DNA of 64,000 nt from assembly GCA_964016885.1 (NCBI GenBank), contig OZ024743.1:365180001-365244000 (forward strand). The letters run 5' to 3'. The DNA comes from Eledone cirrhosa. Its lineage: Eukaryota. Positions 12,269 to 24,927 of the stretch are shown in pieces. The translations under genes and the position numbers were made by a program. Under the pieces are notes generated by a model, which searched no databases, had not been told where the DNA came from, and saw only the letters and a list, made by a program, of their open reading frames with translations. Within the stretch, counting starts at the first letter, position 1, and each line of letters begins with the position of its first letter.

Positions 12269-15200
12269 TATATATATATATATATATATATAAACCGGGC
12301 CCCAAAGACGTCGTTTTCGAAATAGAATTCATTCGACGAGCAACGATTTTTCCAAGAGGTTTGCATCTTTCCTTAACATACATTGGCGAAAGATATGAGA
12401 CACACATACGTGCGCACGCAGACACACATCTCTACACACCCATACACATATACACAAATATTCCCTCTATCAAATTTCACACGCAAGCAATTGGTCAACC
12501 GGGGGCTATGAGAGAAGACACTCGCTCAAGGTGTTGCGTTCTATGCTCCAATTGGTGGGGAAGTGAATTTCTTTATTAGACCGTTATGCTTGTTAATATC
12601 TCCTAAAATCCTGACGTGGGAGATTTTGTTAAAACTTCAAATACATGTATTTGTTTTTCAAGATTCTTGATGTGAAATCGTGTGTTGAAACAATATTGCT
12701 ATATTTGGAGATGGTCGTGTTGCCAATATTGCTAATAAATATATGCGCTATTTGATCAAATAACGCGTTTTTTATTGGCAACATGACCACGCCCAAATAT
12801 AACAACTTCAAATATATTTCAACTATTCAGAGTCCTAGAAGAATACAGTATAACTGAATGCTTACACTTTATGTTTTCAAACGGTTAGTGTGCTAAAGAA
12901 AATGAACTATCAAAATTTGACAGTATTGCTAGAGTAGTGACTTATAGTGGTACTTTTTCCTTGACTGATACGAGGTATTTAAGGTAACTGATTTATTTGA
13001 AAAGTGGTCAGGGGAGCTACTTGTAATAATTTTTTCTTCTTCTGGGGATCGGACAGAGAAAATATATAATTTTGACTAATATATTTATCAAAGAAGGAAG
13101 GTCATCAAATTCATTCGATAAACGCTTTTCCTTTTGGATAAACCTTTTCCCTGACTATTAACAATATAGCTAGCTTTGTTAGCAACATACGGAAGCATAG
13201 AAATGGTTTCTCCAGATTCTAGATGCAACTGTTTTTGAAATAAATTAAAACCACTGTGAAAGAGAAAAGGTTGAAGTAATTTGAAGTTTGAATTGTGGGT
13301 AAAAACTGATAGTGAGTGTTAACGTTATTTATACCATGTTGACAATACTGGTAGACCGTAACGATAAAGAGGAAACAAAAACCACACTCACTAAGAAAAG
13401 TCACCAGAAATACAAATAAAACGTCTCGTTGGACTGATTTAATTATTGCAAAAGGGATGGTTAACGAGGTGTTGGAAAAGAACAGTGAGAGGAAGTAACA
13501 AAACGGAAAGGATTTAGTACGCTAGTTGCATTTTTTGTTTAACAGAGATAATAATGATGCTGTAGATGTGTGGAGTGGTTTTATCAATTTTTTTTTTGTA
13601 TGGGAATGTGGCTACGTCTAAGTAAACATGAGATAAGTAATAAAACAGCCATATAAAGTTTATCAGAAGAAAAAAAATAATCTCTTAGAATAAATCGACC
13701 TTAAGTTAGACCACTCCTTCAAAGCCAGACATCGCTTATAAATCCTTGTTCGAAACACATACATTAAAGCGTTAACATGTTTGATATCTGAAAATACCCT
13801 CTTCCCACGTACGTTTCTTACTCTACGTGCATACACTAGGAAGTTCAATAAAAAAAAAAAAAAAAGTCTCATCTTGATGTAAACACCTCTTTCTGTATCC
13901 GGAGGAGTGTTTTTCCGCTAGAGAATAACTAATTAGACAAAAAGTCAAACAAACCACTTAGATAAACCTCAGTGGCATTTGTTTATGGGATAAGAAAACA
14001 TAAAACATGTTTGCATCTCATCTCTTCAATGTCTTTATCAAATATAGTTGTATCTCATCTAGGGATTCGATGAATTTAACATATTAGTTACCACCGCGCA
14101 ATCAGACTTCGAACTGGCATAATCATTAAAATATAGAACAAAATGGTTTGCATTGTTTTCTCTGCATCGCTGCGCTTGAGTTTAAATTAAGCCAAGTTTG
14201 ACTTTTCTTTTCTTCTTTTTGGGGTCCATAAAATAGTATTCGAAAGTGGTTGACTGGCAGAATTGTTAGAGCATTGGACGAGATGCCTTACGGGTTTTGT
14301 TTAAATTCCGCTGATTTCGAATTCCGCTGTAGCTTACCTGAATTAATTTCGTCGTCTACTTAAACACCACCACTTGGCTTTTAAGTGCATTTAGCTGAAC
14401 CCAACATGTAGCAAGCATTCGTACCAGGTTTCTGGTTTGAGGATAACGTTTCGCCTTCGTATTAGTCCTAAAATCTCTAAATAGTGTCATGGGTACTGTT
14501 TTTCCATGACTAAATAGTAAAATTATTGTTTGGTATATCTAACTAGACACACATCTAGCACCATATGGATTAATCATGGTTAAAGCTGTTCTTACTACTA
14601 GTGTATACTAATGATTAAAAACGCATGTGCTTTGTATTTTTAAACTTCATTTTGACAATAATATTCAAGCTGTCTAGACATAGATATGTTTCCATAAACA
14701 ACAATTTGTTTGAATTGGCAATGGATATAAATTATATTCGCTACTGTTATTAGGTTTATAATACACGCTTCTCAACAAACAAACGCAGTATTTTCTAGAC
14801 CATGTATTTATTTTAAAAAGGCGATAGTTTATAAAACGAAATTGTAGAATTGTTCAGTTTGCGTTTTTAAAGTAGGGAGTGGTGAGAAACATTATAAAAA
14901 GATATGTTATTTGAGTGTTTAAAATATTACATTTAAAATAATATTTACATTAATGAGTTTTCAATAGAGAATTACATATAATTGTGACAACGCGTGTTTT
15001 AGTTGTTAGTGTGTTCGACTCGCGATTGTCGTGTTGTGTAGTTGGACTTTATTTCACGTTGTTCCAGTCGAATCAGTGGTATTTGTAATTCAAAGTGCGG
15101 AATAGAACTGCATGTTTGTGGAATGCTCAGACACCCGAAAGCTAATTTCATAAGCAAGCTGTTCCGTTGCTCGAACACCTGGTATACTCGTCGTCGAGGG

Positions 15201-15902
15201 AGGTCCAACACATACACACATGATTTGATTCAAGGTCGAGTGGCAAAAGTTAGTGCCTGACAAATACGTTGCAGAAAATATTCCGGCTGTTTCCGTTCTG
15301 AGTTCAAATCCTACCGAGGTCAACTCTACCTTTTATCCTTCCGGAAACAATGAATAAAATATCAGTTAAGTACTGTGATCGATTCTTCTCCCACTCTCTC
15401 AGAGTCATCATTACTGTGTTGTGAAAAGGTTGTTGGGGACAATTCATAATGGAGGATGCTTGAACTAGAGGCTAACTACCGCTTCTGATATAGTATGCTA
15501 CAAAAGCCGTCTAAAGAAACCTGGGACGTCGACTAACTGATGTGCTGTACAGTACGGAGCGATTTAAGATATATTGATTAAGAAAGATCTCAACAAAATA
15601 AAGGAAAATGTAGATAAGTAGCCTACTTTCAAATATTGACGCCACAGAGTGAAGGAACTCTTTTCGGGTGTTTATATGATATATGCTGTTTTATCATTAA
15701 TTTTGTCCTGTGTTTCTTTTACCTCTACATTACTGTAGAGGAGTGATTTCCAAACTTAGTTTGTAGTGGTAACCTTACACGACCTTCAAACAATCGTGAA
15801 CTTATACCTATATTTTACAGACAATCCTTAGCAATCTAATTTTAATAAAATTTAAAACAAAAGAGAGTGTTTGGAAGGGAGAATATATTTATATAATTTA
15901 AA

Positions 15903-16088
15903 ATAATTGTTTCTACTTTAGGCACAAGGCCAGCAATTACCCAGTGCATTACTGGTACTTTATTTTATCGACCCCGTAAGGATGAAAGGCAAAGTCAACC
16001 TCGGCGGGATTTGAACTCAAATCGTAAAGAGATGTAACTATGCTGGAAAGCATGGCGTCCGACTCTCTACCGATACTGCCAATCCACT
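15903..16088 (-). mobile_element. tRNA-derived SINE, abundant family; other copies at 18326-18438, 19507-19684, 27880-28070, 32400-32592, 36617-36770, 58685-58965, 63778-63840 plus older relics
   Basis: A-box-like TGGCAGTATCGG and B-box GAGTTCAAATCC followed by conserved body GAGGTTGACTTTGCCTTTCATCC...GTCGATAAAATAAAGTACCAG...GGCCTTGTGCC; TSDs visible at 18304/18435 and 27856/28065. Confidence 0.88.
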
Positions 16089-17809
16089 AAAATAATCTAA
16101 TCGATTTTTATATAATTATATAAAAAGACACCTTATCTCCTAAAAGCCCAAAATATATCCGTGGAAATCTTGAAAGTTACGAAACACATTTTGAGAAACA
16201 TAGTTGAAGAAAATAATATCTTGTCTTCATCGCACCGATTATCGTTGATATGTCGGATAGTCATCGATCAAATACTCCAATAATGTCAATGTTACATTAA
16301 TATGTCTATATTTTGGGTGATTAGGTACATGACATTTCGGGATATTGCCATTTTATGCTATTAACTAAATATTATTTTGATCTATGTATTCTACAATCAG
16401 TTCATCATAGTTTATTTTTTAAATATATTGGATAGAGTTGAAATTATGATCGATATGTCTTCTTCGTGATTTATTTCAATGATCATACCTACGGGACTTT
16501 GGAATTGCGAATAAGAACGTAAAACATTCTTTTGCCTTACATATATATTTATTATATATTCATATATAATTGTAAGCTACGTGAGACTGAAGTTTTTCTA
16601 GAGGAGCACAATATAAAATACATTACGGAGTTTAGTTTCATTAAATCTGATATATATATATATATACGTACAAACGCACGCACACACACATATATGCAGA
16701 TATACACGAACATATGTATGTGTCTATGTATGTGACTGCTGAATATGTATTAAATGTCCCCGACTATGCAAGTGTGTATAACTTTCTTTTTATAGTTAGT
16801 CGTCCATGTCAAGCACTCTTTATTTAGGGTCAATTACACCTTATCGAATGTTCCATTCACATGAACAAATGCGTGTATATATGTATGTTTGTATGTTCTT
16901 CGTCATCTATTTGGATGTATGAATTACAACATCTAGCCTTTCCTTCCCTTCTCGATCTCTGTGAGTAATTATCTACCAATTTTTCTTGCACCGTATAAAG
17001 TATGTAATTGAGGGTAAAAACATTGAAAGAGAATTCCGGCGAAAAAATTATGACAGATAATATCCCCTTAGGAGTATCAATCATCGTACTGTGCTAAATG
17101 GAGCGATTCTGATTGGACTTAAAACCAATTTCATTTGATAACAATATATTTATTTACTTATTTCTGCCAAGAAACGTATATAGAAGTTAAACACTCATAG
17201 AGATGGTTCTACGACTCGGTTTCGATTTCCGAATGTAGATATTTGTTAAATAAATGTATTTTTCTTTTTGTTTTGTTTTTATCGATTACTCAGAGGAGAT
17301 AAGACAGTCGGCATGACCCTTTCAAATACCCCCGAGACCGGTACAAAGAAGTTATCCTGAAATTGATGATCTGTCCTGAATGCTTGCAAAAAACGTATAC
17401 TTTGCTCACGACACCTAAGAGCCATGTGTTGTGCTAAATTACCACTCAAGTGTTGTAACGTATCTTCCGGAAGGTTTCCTAGTTGTTTCTGTCAACCATG
17501 TTTCAGCTACAGGGTTTTGGTTGATCCAAGAGTTGCACAGTAAAACGAACCCCAAATTGCTTAGATGTCAAACAAATATTTTAATAAAATAGCCGCATCT
17601 GCACGTAGCATAATATAGACTAGACTTATATGAAATTCTGAAGTCAGCTCTATAAGCTAGGCAATATTTAATTACAGTTTTTTTGCAGCTGTTAACTGCA
17701 TTTATTCTTGACCTAATTTACAGTTAAGTGCACCTGGTAGTTGGAGCGTTAACTGTGTTGGAAAGAATACAGTTAGTACTAATGACGATTCATATTTTCG
17801 TTCTTTCAG

Positions 17810-17875
17810 CCGGGTGCCTGATGTCACAATAAATTCAATTAAAGGCGACTCAATTCACTAACATCAAATTTGAAA
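17810..17875 (+). other. Possible non-coding exon
   Basis: Polypyrimidine acceptor TTTTCGTTCTTTCAG and donor AAA/GTGAGT; stops in all three frames. Confidence 0.25.
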
Positions 17876-19138
17876 GTGAGTCGGAGAAATTTGGAAGCAC
17901 TGCTTGTTGGTTGGTAGACTTACTCAGTCGTCCGGTTTAATACAACTACTTGGTCCTTGAATACTTTTATATAGACTATGTAGTAGTCATTCGGGTCAGG
18001 TTTCTGGTCAAAGGATACCTTACTTCCCCAGAATCGGAAGACATATAAAAGGTCATGGGTGCTATTATTCGTCCTCCGACTGAATCACGTAACACAAAAT
18101 CTCTGGGAAACGATAGACTCTACTATGTACTGCCCATTAGTCTTAATAATAAGGGGCCCGGTTCTAATATGAAAAGCAGCATGAAATAAAGCAGCTTGCT
18201 CACCGACGCAATGGGTCAGCTTGACCAGGGATCGAACCCATGACTTTATTATCGTGAGTCCCAAACCCTAACTACTAGGTTACCTTTGCCTAAATTAGAG
18301 GCCATTATTACTGCCAAAACAGGAGTTGAAATCCCGCCGAGGTTAACTTTGCCCTTAATCCTTACGGAGTCGATAAAATAAAGTACCAGTAATGCACTGG
18401 GATAATTACTGACCTTGTGCCATAAGCAGAAACAATTATTACTGCCAAAACAAACAAGACAGCCTATTTCTGAGCGAAAGTTATCAATATTTCTTTCTGC
18501 TTTCTGACGTCAAGGCATCTGCAAGTTTCTTCTATTTATCAACATTATTATTGGGATCTCGTTAACGGGATCTCTTGGAGGGCAAGATAAGACTGTCTGA
18601 ATGGAGAAACAGTCATTGGCAGTAAACTTTAAATGCATTTCACATGGATTTGTCTGTACCTTGTCTTCTTTGTTTGTTGGTTTTTATTCCAGATGTTATC
18701 ATTTTTATTGTCTTTGTTGTTGTTTTTCTTCTTCTGCTCCTTCATCATCATCATCATCATCATCTTCATCGCCGTCGCCGTCGTAGCCGTCATCATCATC
18801 GCCGTTGTCATCATCATTATCAACACAAGAATAATGGTGATGATGATGATCATCATCATTAGTATCATCACCATCATCGTTGTTAATATTCCGCACCCAG
18901 GCACTTTGAGAAGTAATGTAAACAGTCCTAATTTTTTTAAAGAGGGGGGAAACAAAAGGAAAATCGGTTGTTTATATTTTAAATATTTTTGAAGTAAATC
19001 CCACCTGACTTCCATTAGTATTGTAGAAGGGACTGCATTGTTGTTTTGGGGAGAGTATGTGTTAAAGGAGGTAATGTGGAGATTTGAAGAATATGTATAA
19101 AGAGGATAAACAAGAACAAACAGAACAGAGAGAGAGAG

Positions 19139-19189
<51 letters not shown>

Positions 19190-19375
19190 ATGAGAAAAAC
19201 AGAGAAATAGAGAGAGTGAGAGAGAAAGTGTACGTGATATATTTATTTATCAGTCTATCTACGCATACACGTGTATATACTTGCACTCCACCATATATAT
19301 ATATATATATATGTTCCAAGGCTCTGATACCATCAACACTATACACACAGAGCTGGCATATCTAAGAACTGACTA

Positions 19376-19431
19376 ACTGCCTGATGAGGTCATAGCCATT
19401 CAATGGCTATCATCGAAATATATATAGCAGT
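19376..19431 (+). ncRNA. Minimal type I hammerhead ribozyme (family C)
   Basis: ACTGC-CTGATGA-GGTCATAGCCATT/C/AATGGCTATCATC-GAAA-T(ATAT)A-TA-GCAGT, inside a ~165-bp element between (TA)n tracts. Confidence 0.88.
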
Positions 19432-19679
19432 AAATAAAGGATTATGAGTTAATGCAATTGACTTATGTTTTCGTCACTATATATATATATAGTGACGAAA
19501 ACATAAGGGCGGTAGATTGGCAGTATCGGTAGAGGGTCGGACGCCATGCTTTCCAGCATAGTTACGTCTAAGTTCAAATCCCGCCGAGGTTGACTTTGCC
19601 TTTCATCCTTACGGGGTCGATAAAATAAAGTACCAGTAATGCACTGGGTAATTGCTGGCCTTGTGCCTAAAGTAGAAAC

Positions 19680-19712
<33 letters not shown>

Positions 19713-19714
<2 letters not shown>

Positions 19715-19910
19715 AACAAGTAAGACCCCGACGGCTGAGCTCAAGCCGTTTCGACGGCTAATTCTGTACGGAGAGTACAGAATTAGCCGTCGAAACGGCT
19801 TGAGCTCAGCCGTCGGGGTCTTACTTGTTCCTATTACCCATTCTACTACCCTAAGTATTGAGTACTTTGGTGCGTTATGGTCCACCTGGTTCCTTACCAC
19901 ATTTCTTTCG

Positions 19911-19911
<1 letters not shown>
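19713..19911 (+). mobile_element. Family B mini-element: perfect 60-bp-arm hairpin plus tail, in (TA)n; sister copy 21311-21488 (opposite orientation), relic 61470-61600
   Basis: Arms 19710-19769/19775-19834; each arm carries the HHR 3' half GAAA-CGGCT/TGAGCTC/AGCCG-TC-GGGG. Confidence 0.88.
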
Positions 19912-19944
<33 letters not shown>

Positions 19945-20092
19945 CATTATGAAGAGAGAAGAAACATTAGATGTAATAAGATATATCATTCCTAAGGTTG
20001 GTACCACTAACTCAGGGATATATGTGAATATATTCATGGGTATGTAAATGTCCGCATGTATCTGTGTGTTTCTCTCTATATATTGTATATAT

Positions 20093-20131
<39 letters not shown>

Positions 20132-20137
<6 letters not shown>

Positions 20138-20633
20138 GGAAAAAATGAAACGAAATTTCATTTCTCACTCTTAGTACGGCTGTTACTTAAATATAAGTAT
20201 GTATACGTACATACATATATGTATACAGACGTACAGTAGTATACATTTCGTTTCATTTTTTCCGTTTATCGTTTTCGGTGCGCCCGGCCGATTAACTCAC
20301 TCGATATGCAAATTAGGCTGCTCAGCCGTTAATATGCATAAGGAAAGTATATACTTTCAGACGTTCAATCATCTCGCAGGAAGGTATACGTTGCTGACGA
20401 TAGCTAATAAGCTTGAAACTAGTACAGCGTTCCTTTGTCAGTGTTGAACAAATGAGCAACGGTGGTTGCTAGACACTGTACGGCTTAATACGGGATGTTT
20501 GTTTACAAACACACCGAGCATTATAATAAATGTTCGGTGAATCCATACGTACACATATATATGTGTGCATGTATGTATATATATATACATACTACTGTAC
20601 GTCTGTATACATATATGTATGTACGTATACATA

Positions 20634-20637
<4 letters not shown>
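20132..20637. mobile_element. Family D HHR element; other copies 25270-25601 and 61002-61460
   Basis: Three highly similar copies, each adjacent to (TA)n and each with the same HHR. Confidence 0.88.
20388..20430 (+). ncRNA. Type I hammerhead ribozyme (family D)
   Basis: ACGTTG-CTGACGA-TAGCT/AATA/AGCTT-GAAA-C(TA)G-TA-CAGCGT. Confidence 0.88.
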
Positions 20638-20675
<38 letters not shown>

Positions 20676-20678
<3 letters not shown>

Positions 20679-20955
20679 CAGGTTACCAGTTGGTGCTACT
20701 GGTAACATGTATCCCAGTACAACCTGTCTCATGGTCGGGTCGTTGGCGTCTAAACTGACAACCCCACCAAGGTTTCTTGGTGAGGAGGGTGACTTTGGAC
20801 ATCCTGCAGGACTAAAAACAAAACCTGTCAAAGGGCAAAGGAGCTCTTAAGAGTCAATGGCCATCCAAAATCACCGTGAGAGATGGCCCCTTAGCCTTTG
20901 TCAAGGCAGAATTCTAGTAGAAGGAAAACTCTGATATAACACCTGCAACCCTGAT
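20676..20955 (+). mobile_element. Probable RTE-type LINE 5' UTR fragment
   Basis: AGAAGGAAAACTCTGA motif and TAAACTGACAACCCCACC resemble RTE 5' UTRs; 5' hairpin GTTACCAGT/ACTGGTAAC. Confidence 0.4.
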
Positions 20956-21485
20956 GGTATCCAATGATGTTGACTTGTTCTTCTTTTTGGTAAATATCAT
21001 CTTGGTTAAGAGAGTGGGACTGGCTTTGTGCAGTGCCTTTGTTCACTATAAAAGCTTCACGGCACAGGCATTGCTTTATATCTGGAGATCTCTCTGCACT
21101 TGTCGTTACATGGTACCATGGGCCCAGCACTATGTGTCAATAATTGTCACACGTGTAGTGTTTATACAGAGTTTTCAAGTCGTGGGCTGGACTAAAAAGT
21201 CACACTCGTTCAGCGCATCGGTAGGGGTTCTCCTACATGAATATAAAGTAGTGGCCGTACTCGAAAACGAATTGGCAGCCACCATATATATATATATATA
21301 TATATATATAACGAAGGAAATGTGGTAAGGAACCAGGTGGACCATAACGTACCAAAGTACTCAATACTTGGGGTAGTAGAGTGGGTAATAGGAACCAGTA
21401 AGACCCCGACGGCTGAGCTCAAGCCGTTTCGACGGCGAATTAGCCGTCGAAACGGCTTGAGCTCAGCCGTCGGGGTCTTACTGGT

Positions 21486-21526
<41 letters not shown>

Positions 21527-21680
21527 TAACAGATTAAAGTTTAAGCAAAGAATCGCTGCTTTCTAATCTTCAAATTTATTATTATTATTATTACTATATA
21601 TATATATATATTTTTAAAGTATAGAAATTGTTGTGAGCGTGAAGCTAACAGTATTTCATAAAATATATATATACACACAC

Positions 21681-21993
21681 GTGAAGGTGAGTGATTTAGT
21701 AGTTAGAAATTTTTATTCACAATTGTGAGATTGTCAGTTCAATTCCCGGACCGGGCGATGCGTTGAGCAAGACACTTTATTTCACGTTGTTCTAGTTCAC
21801 TCACCTGTAGAAATGAGTTGCGATGTCACTGGTGCCAAGCCTTTTTCTTGGATAACATTGGTGGCATGGAAAGGGGAGATTGGTATGTATGGGCAACTGA
21901 TGGTCTTCTACAAAATAGCCTTGCCCGGACTTGTGCCTCAGAGTAGTATTTCCGAGATGCAAATCCCATGGTCATTCGTGACAGATGGGGATC

Positions 21994-21995
<2 letters not shown>
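21681..21995 (+). mobile_element. Second tRNA-derived SINE family; copies with a different tail at 22208-22430 and 25628-25855
   Basis: tRNA-like head (GGCGCGTGGCTGAGTGGTTAG...GAGTTCGATTCC in the best copy) followed by TTGAGCAAGACACTTTATTTCACGTTG. Confidence 0.8.
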
Positions 21996-22086
<91 letters not shown>

Positions 22087-22119
22087 GCGCACGCCCGCAC
22101 GCCCGCACGCCCGCACGCC

Positions 22120-22211
<92 letters not shown>

Positions 22212-22439
22212 AGGCGTGTGGCTGAGTGGTTTGAGAATTGGATTCACAATCTTGAGGTTGTGAGTTCGATTCCTGGACCGGGCGATGCGTAATGTCCTTG
22301 AGCAAGACACTTTATTTCACGTTGCTTCTTCTACTTGGAGTTGCGACCGATAGATAGTACTAGCAACTGGAAAGACCAACGGAAACATTGTTTTCTCGGT
22401 CCGATTTGACGAAAGTCGATCGAGTCCTCTATATATATA

Positions 22440-24256
22440 GTCTTGCGGAATTGTTCTCTTTGACGAACTTTTGTTCTATCTAAACTTTACATTTGTTGAG
22501 AATCCTTTTGTATTGTTAGAGTTTTTCAGAACTTAAGACATTTTCCACTGAACTTGAACTTGAATCTGCTGCCCAGAAAGTGGGTTCGCTCTGTATAACC
22601 CGACCTGAACTCCTCACCCCCTCCCTTTAGCCTTCGACCGTCTCCTTCCCCTACACCCTACTAACACCACTAAAACACTCCCAAGTTTCACCGTCCCCTT
22701 CACTTCCAGCCATCCCTCACCCCCTTGACCCACCCTACAACTAATAATTCTAACACCCCACCATCCCCTATCACACGCGCACCCACACCGTCAACACGCA
22801 CACACCCACCAGTACATATATACACTCACACACACTATTCACACATCCTACTACCACCTCTAACCCCCACCCACACATCCACATCCGACCACCCCCACCA
22901 CTAATAATACTAAACATCCCTCCAACCACTTTCTCCCTCACCACGCACACACGAACACACACCATCACACATACACTCACCTACACCCACATACACACCG
23001 GTACCCCCCTCACACTACCACCACTAACCCCCACTCAACACCCACATTCAACCCCCCCCCACCAATAATACTAACACCCACTCTACCACACACATACACA
23101 CACACACTCATACCCAAACACCCACACACACAACAGTTCATTACACTCACTCATACTGTCCCCAACACCTTATCTCTCTCTCTCTCTCTCTCTCTCCGCA
23201 CTACCAACACTACCCCGCACTACCCCCTACATACACATCCCACTAACACCTCCACTAATATACACACAAACCCCCACACTCCGCCACCCTCTCCCTCAAC
23301 CCTTCTCACACCCATCCTCGCACCTGTCCACCGCACCTCCGCACACATACACACATTCCACACCACATACACATCATCTCTAACACCCGTCTTCCTCCCT
23401 ACCACTGCCTGCTTGTCACCTTCCTACTTCTATCTCCTTCCTCTCTTTCACATCCTTCGCCCTGCTTTGACCCTCTGACCACTTCCTGTTGCGCGCGCAC
23501 CTCACAACTCTCTACTTCCTCAATACCATACGAAGGAGTTCACACCACTGGTCCACCGCTCCAGGCATCCACCCTGCTATACTCGGAATTTTCAACATCC
23601 ATTCCTATACTCTGAGGGAAAACATCCAGGAACACACACACAAACAGTTACACTATTTTCGCACACACGCAACTTTACATCCACACCACAGAAACACACA
23701 CACACACACACGTGCGTATCCGCACATACACACACTCGGCCTCCGGACTCCGCACGTCTCCTCTCCCCCACCCCTTTGACCCCTCTCCACCCACAAGCAC
23801 ACATATACTGACTTACACCCGCACCCCACCCCATGTACACACTTGTTTCCCTATTACCCGAACATGGAACCTCGTTCTTCCCGAAACTCTCACACTCACA
23901 TCCACACTTACACACACACACACACACACACATACACCTACACACACACCACCTTCCGCCACCCCGCTCGGACCCCCTGTCTCTCTCTCTCCTCACCCTC
24001 CATCCACCCACCACCACCCCGATACGCCTTTCACTACTTGTTTCATTTTAATTTTTTTACCCTCTTTTTACCCCCCCCCCCCTTTAACATCTTTCCACCA
24101 CTCCCTTCACACCCTCGGAACTCTTTTCCTGCCCACTTTTCCCACTTATGCCCGAAACGTCGTCTCCGACCCCCATTCTCAAGTGTTAACCTAATACTAA
24201 CATTTTGTACTGCACTCTTCGCTCTATTTTTGTTTTTTGTTTTCTGTTTTAACTAT
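22440..24256 (+). mobile_element. C/A-rich PLE-like non-coding element (family E); related 3' ends at 37850-38318 and 41600-42174
   Basis: Strong C/A strand skew; 23940-24256 aligns by eye to 41815-42174; both end in HHR-derived CTTATGCYCGAAACGTC about 91-95 nt before (TA)n. Confidence 0.6.
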
Positions 24257-24627
24257 TATATATATATATAGTAGCTTTTGCCACAGCCTATCACGCGCAC
24301 ACGCATTCTTTCCCTCGTTTAAATTTTTCCCCATAACGGCATTCCTATGTTTTAACGACAATACAACTTTCTCCGGCTTAGCCTGTTCCCCCCCCTTTTG
24401 GAACTTTGCCCCCGTTGATGGGCGTGAGCCCGAAATATTGGGATTAAATCTCCACTACGGTAACCCTTCTACCTTTGTTTTGTTTTCGTTTTTTCGTTTC
24501 TCTCAATTTTCACTTTTCTCCTATTTCTCACTCACTTCCTACCTCGAGATTTCCCATCTGTATTGTTGTGGCTTTCTAAACTACATATTTTACATATTTC
24601 ACAATGCTTCAAGCAAACTTTAACACC

Positions 24628-24685
<58 letters not shown>

Positions 24686-24782
24686 AAGGTTAAACAAGGT
24701 TCAATGAATAAATCAAAGAATGAGTTTTACAATAGATTGAATCTTAACCATCTACCATGTCAGGGTATGTCATGCATCATCT

Positions 24783-24849
24783 TATTTTATCTGATGAGGA
24801 CGTACCGTTGAAGTTAACTCAGTACCTCTGAAATATGTATAATAAAATA
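24783..24849 (+). ncRNA. Minimal type I hammerhead ribozyme (family C)
   Basis: TATTTTAT-CTGATGA-GGACGTAC...GTACCTCT-GAAA-T(ATGT)A-TA-ATAAAATA; 8-bp stem I. Confidence 0.88.
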
Positions 24850-24927
24850 TACTTGATCACAAGAATATCTATTTTGTTAATATTTTGAATTAATATATAT
24901 ATATATATGGATGTATATATAATGTAT

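Noticed and set aside
12620-13900. Possible very old LINE RLE region on the minus strand
   Set aside because: Only faint motif resemblance across many stops; needs a translated HMM search
20676-20780. HDV-like ribozyme at a putative RTE 5' end
   Set aside because: Only a simple hairpin is visible; the nested double pseudoknot could not be built
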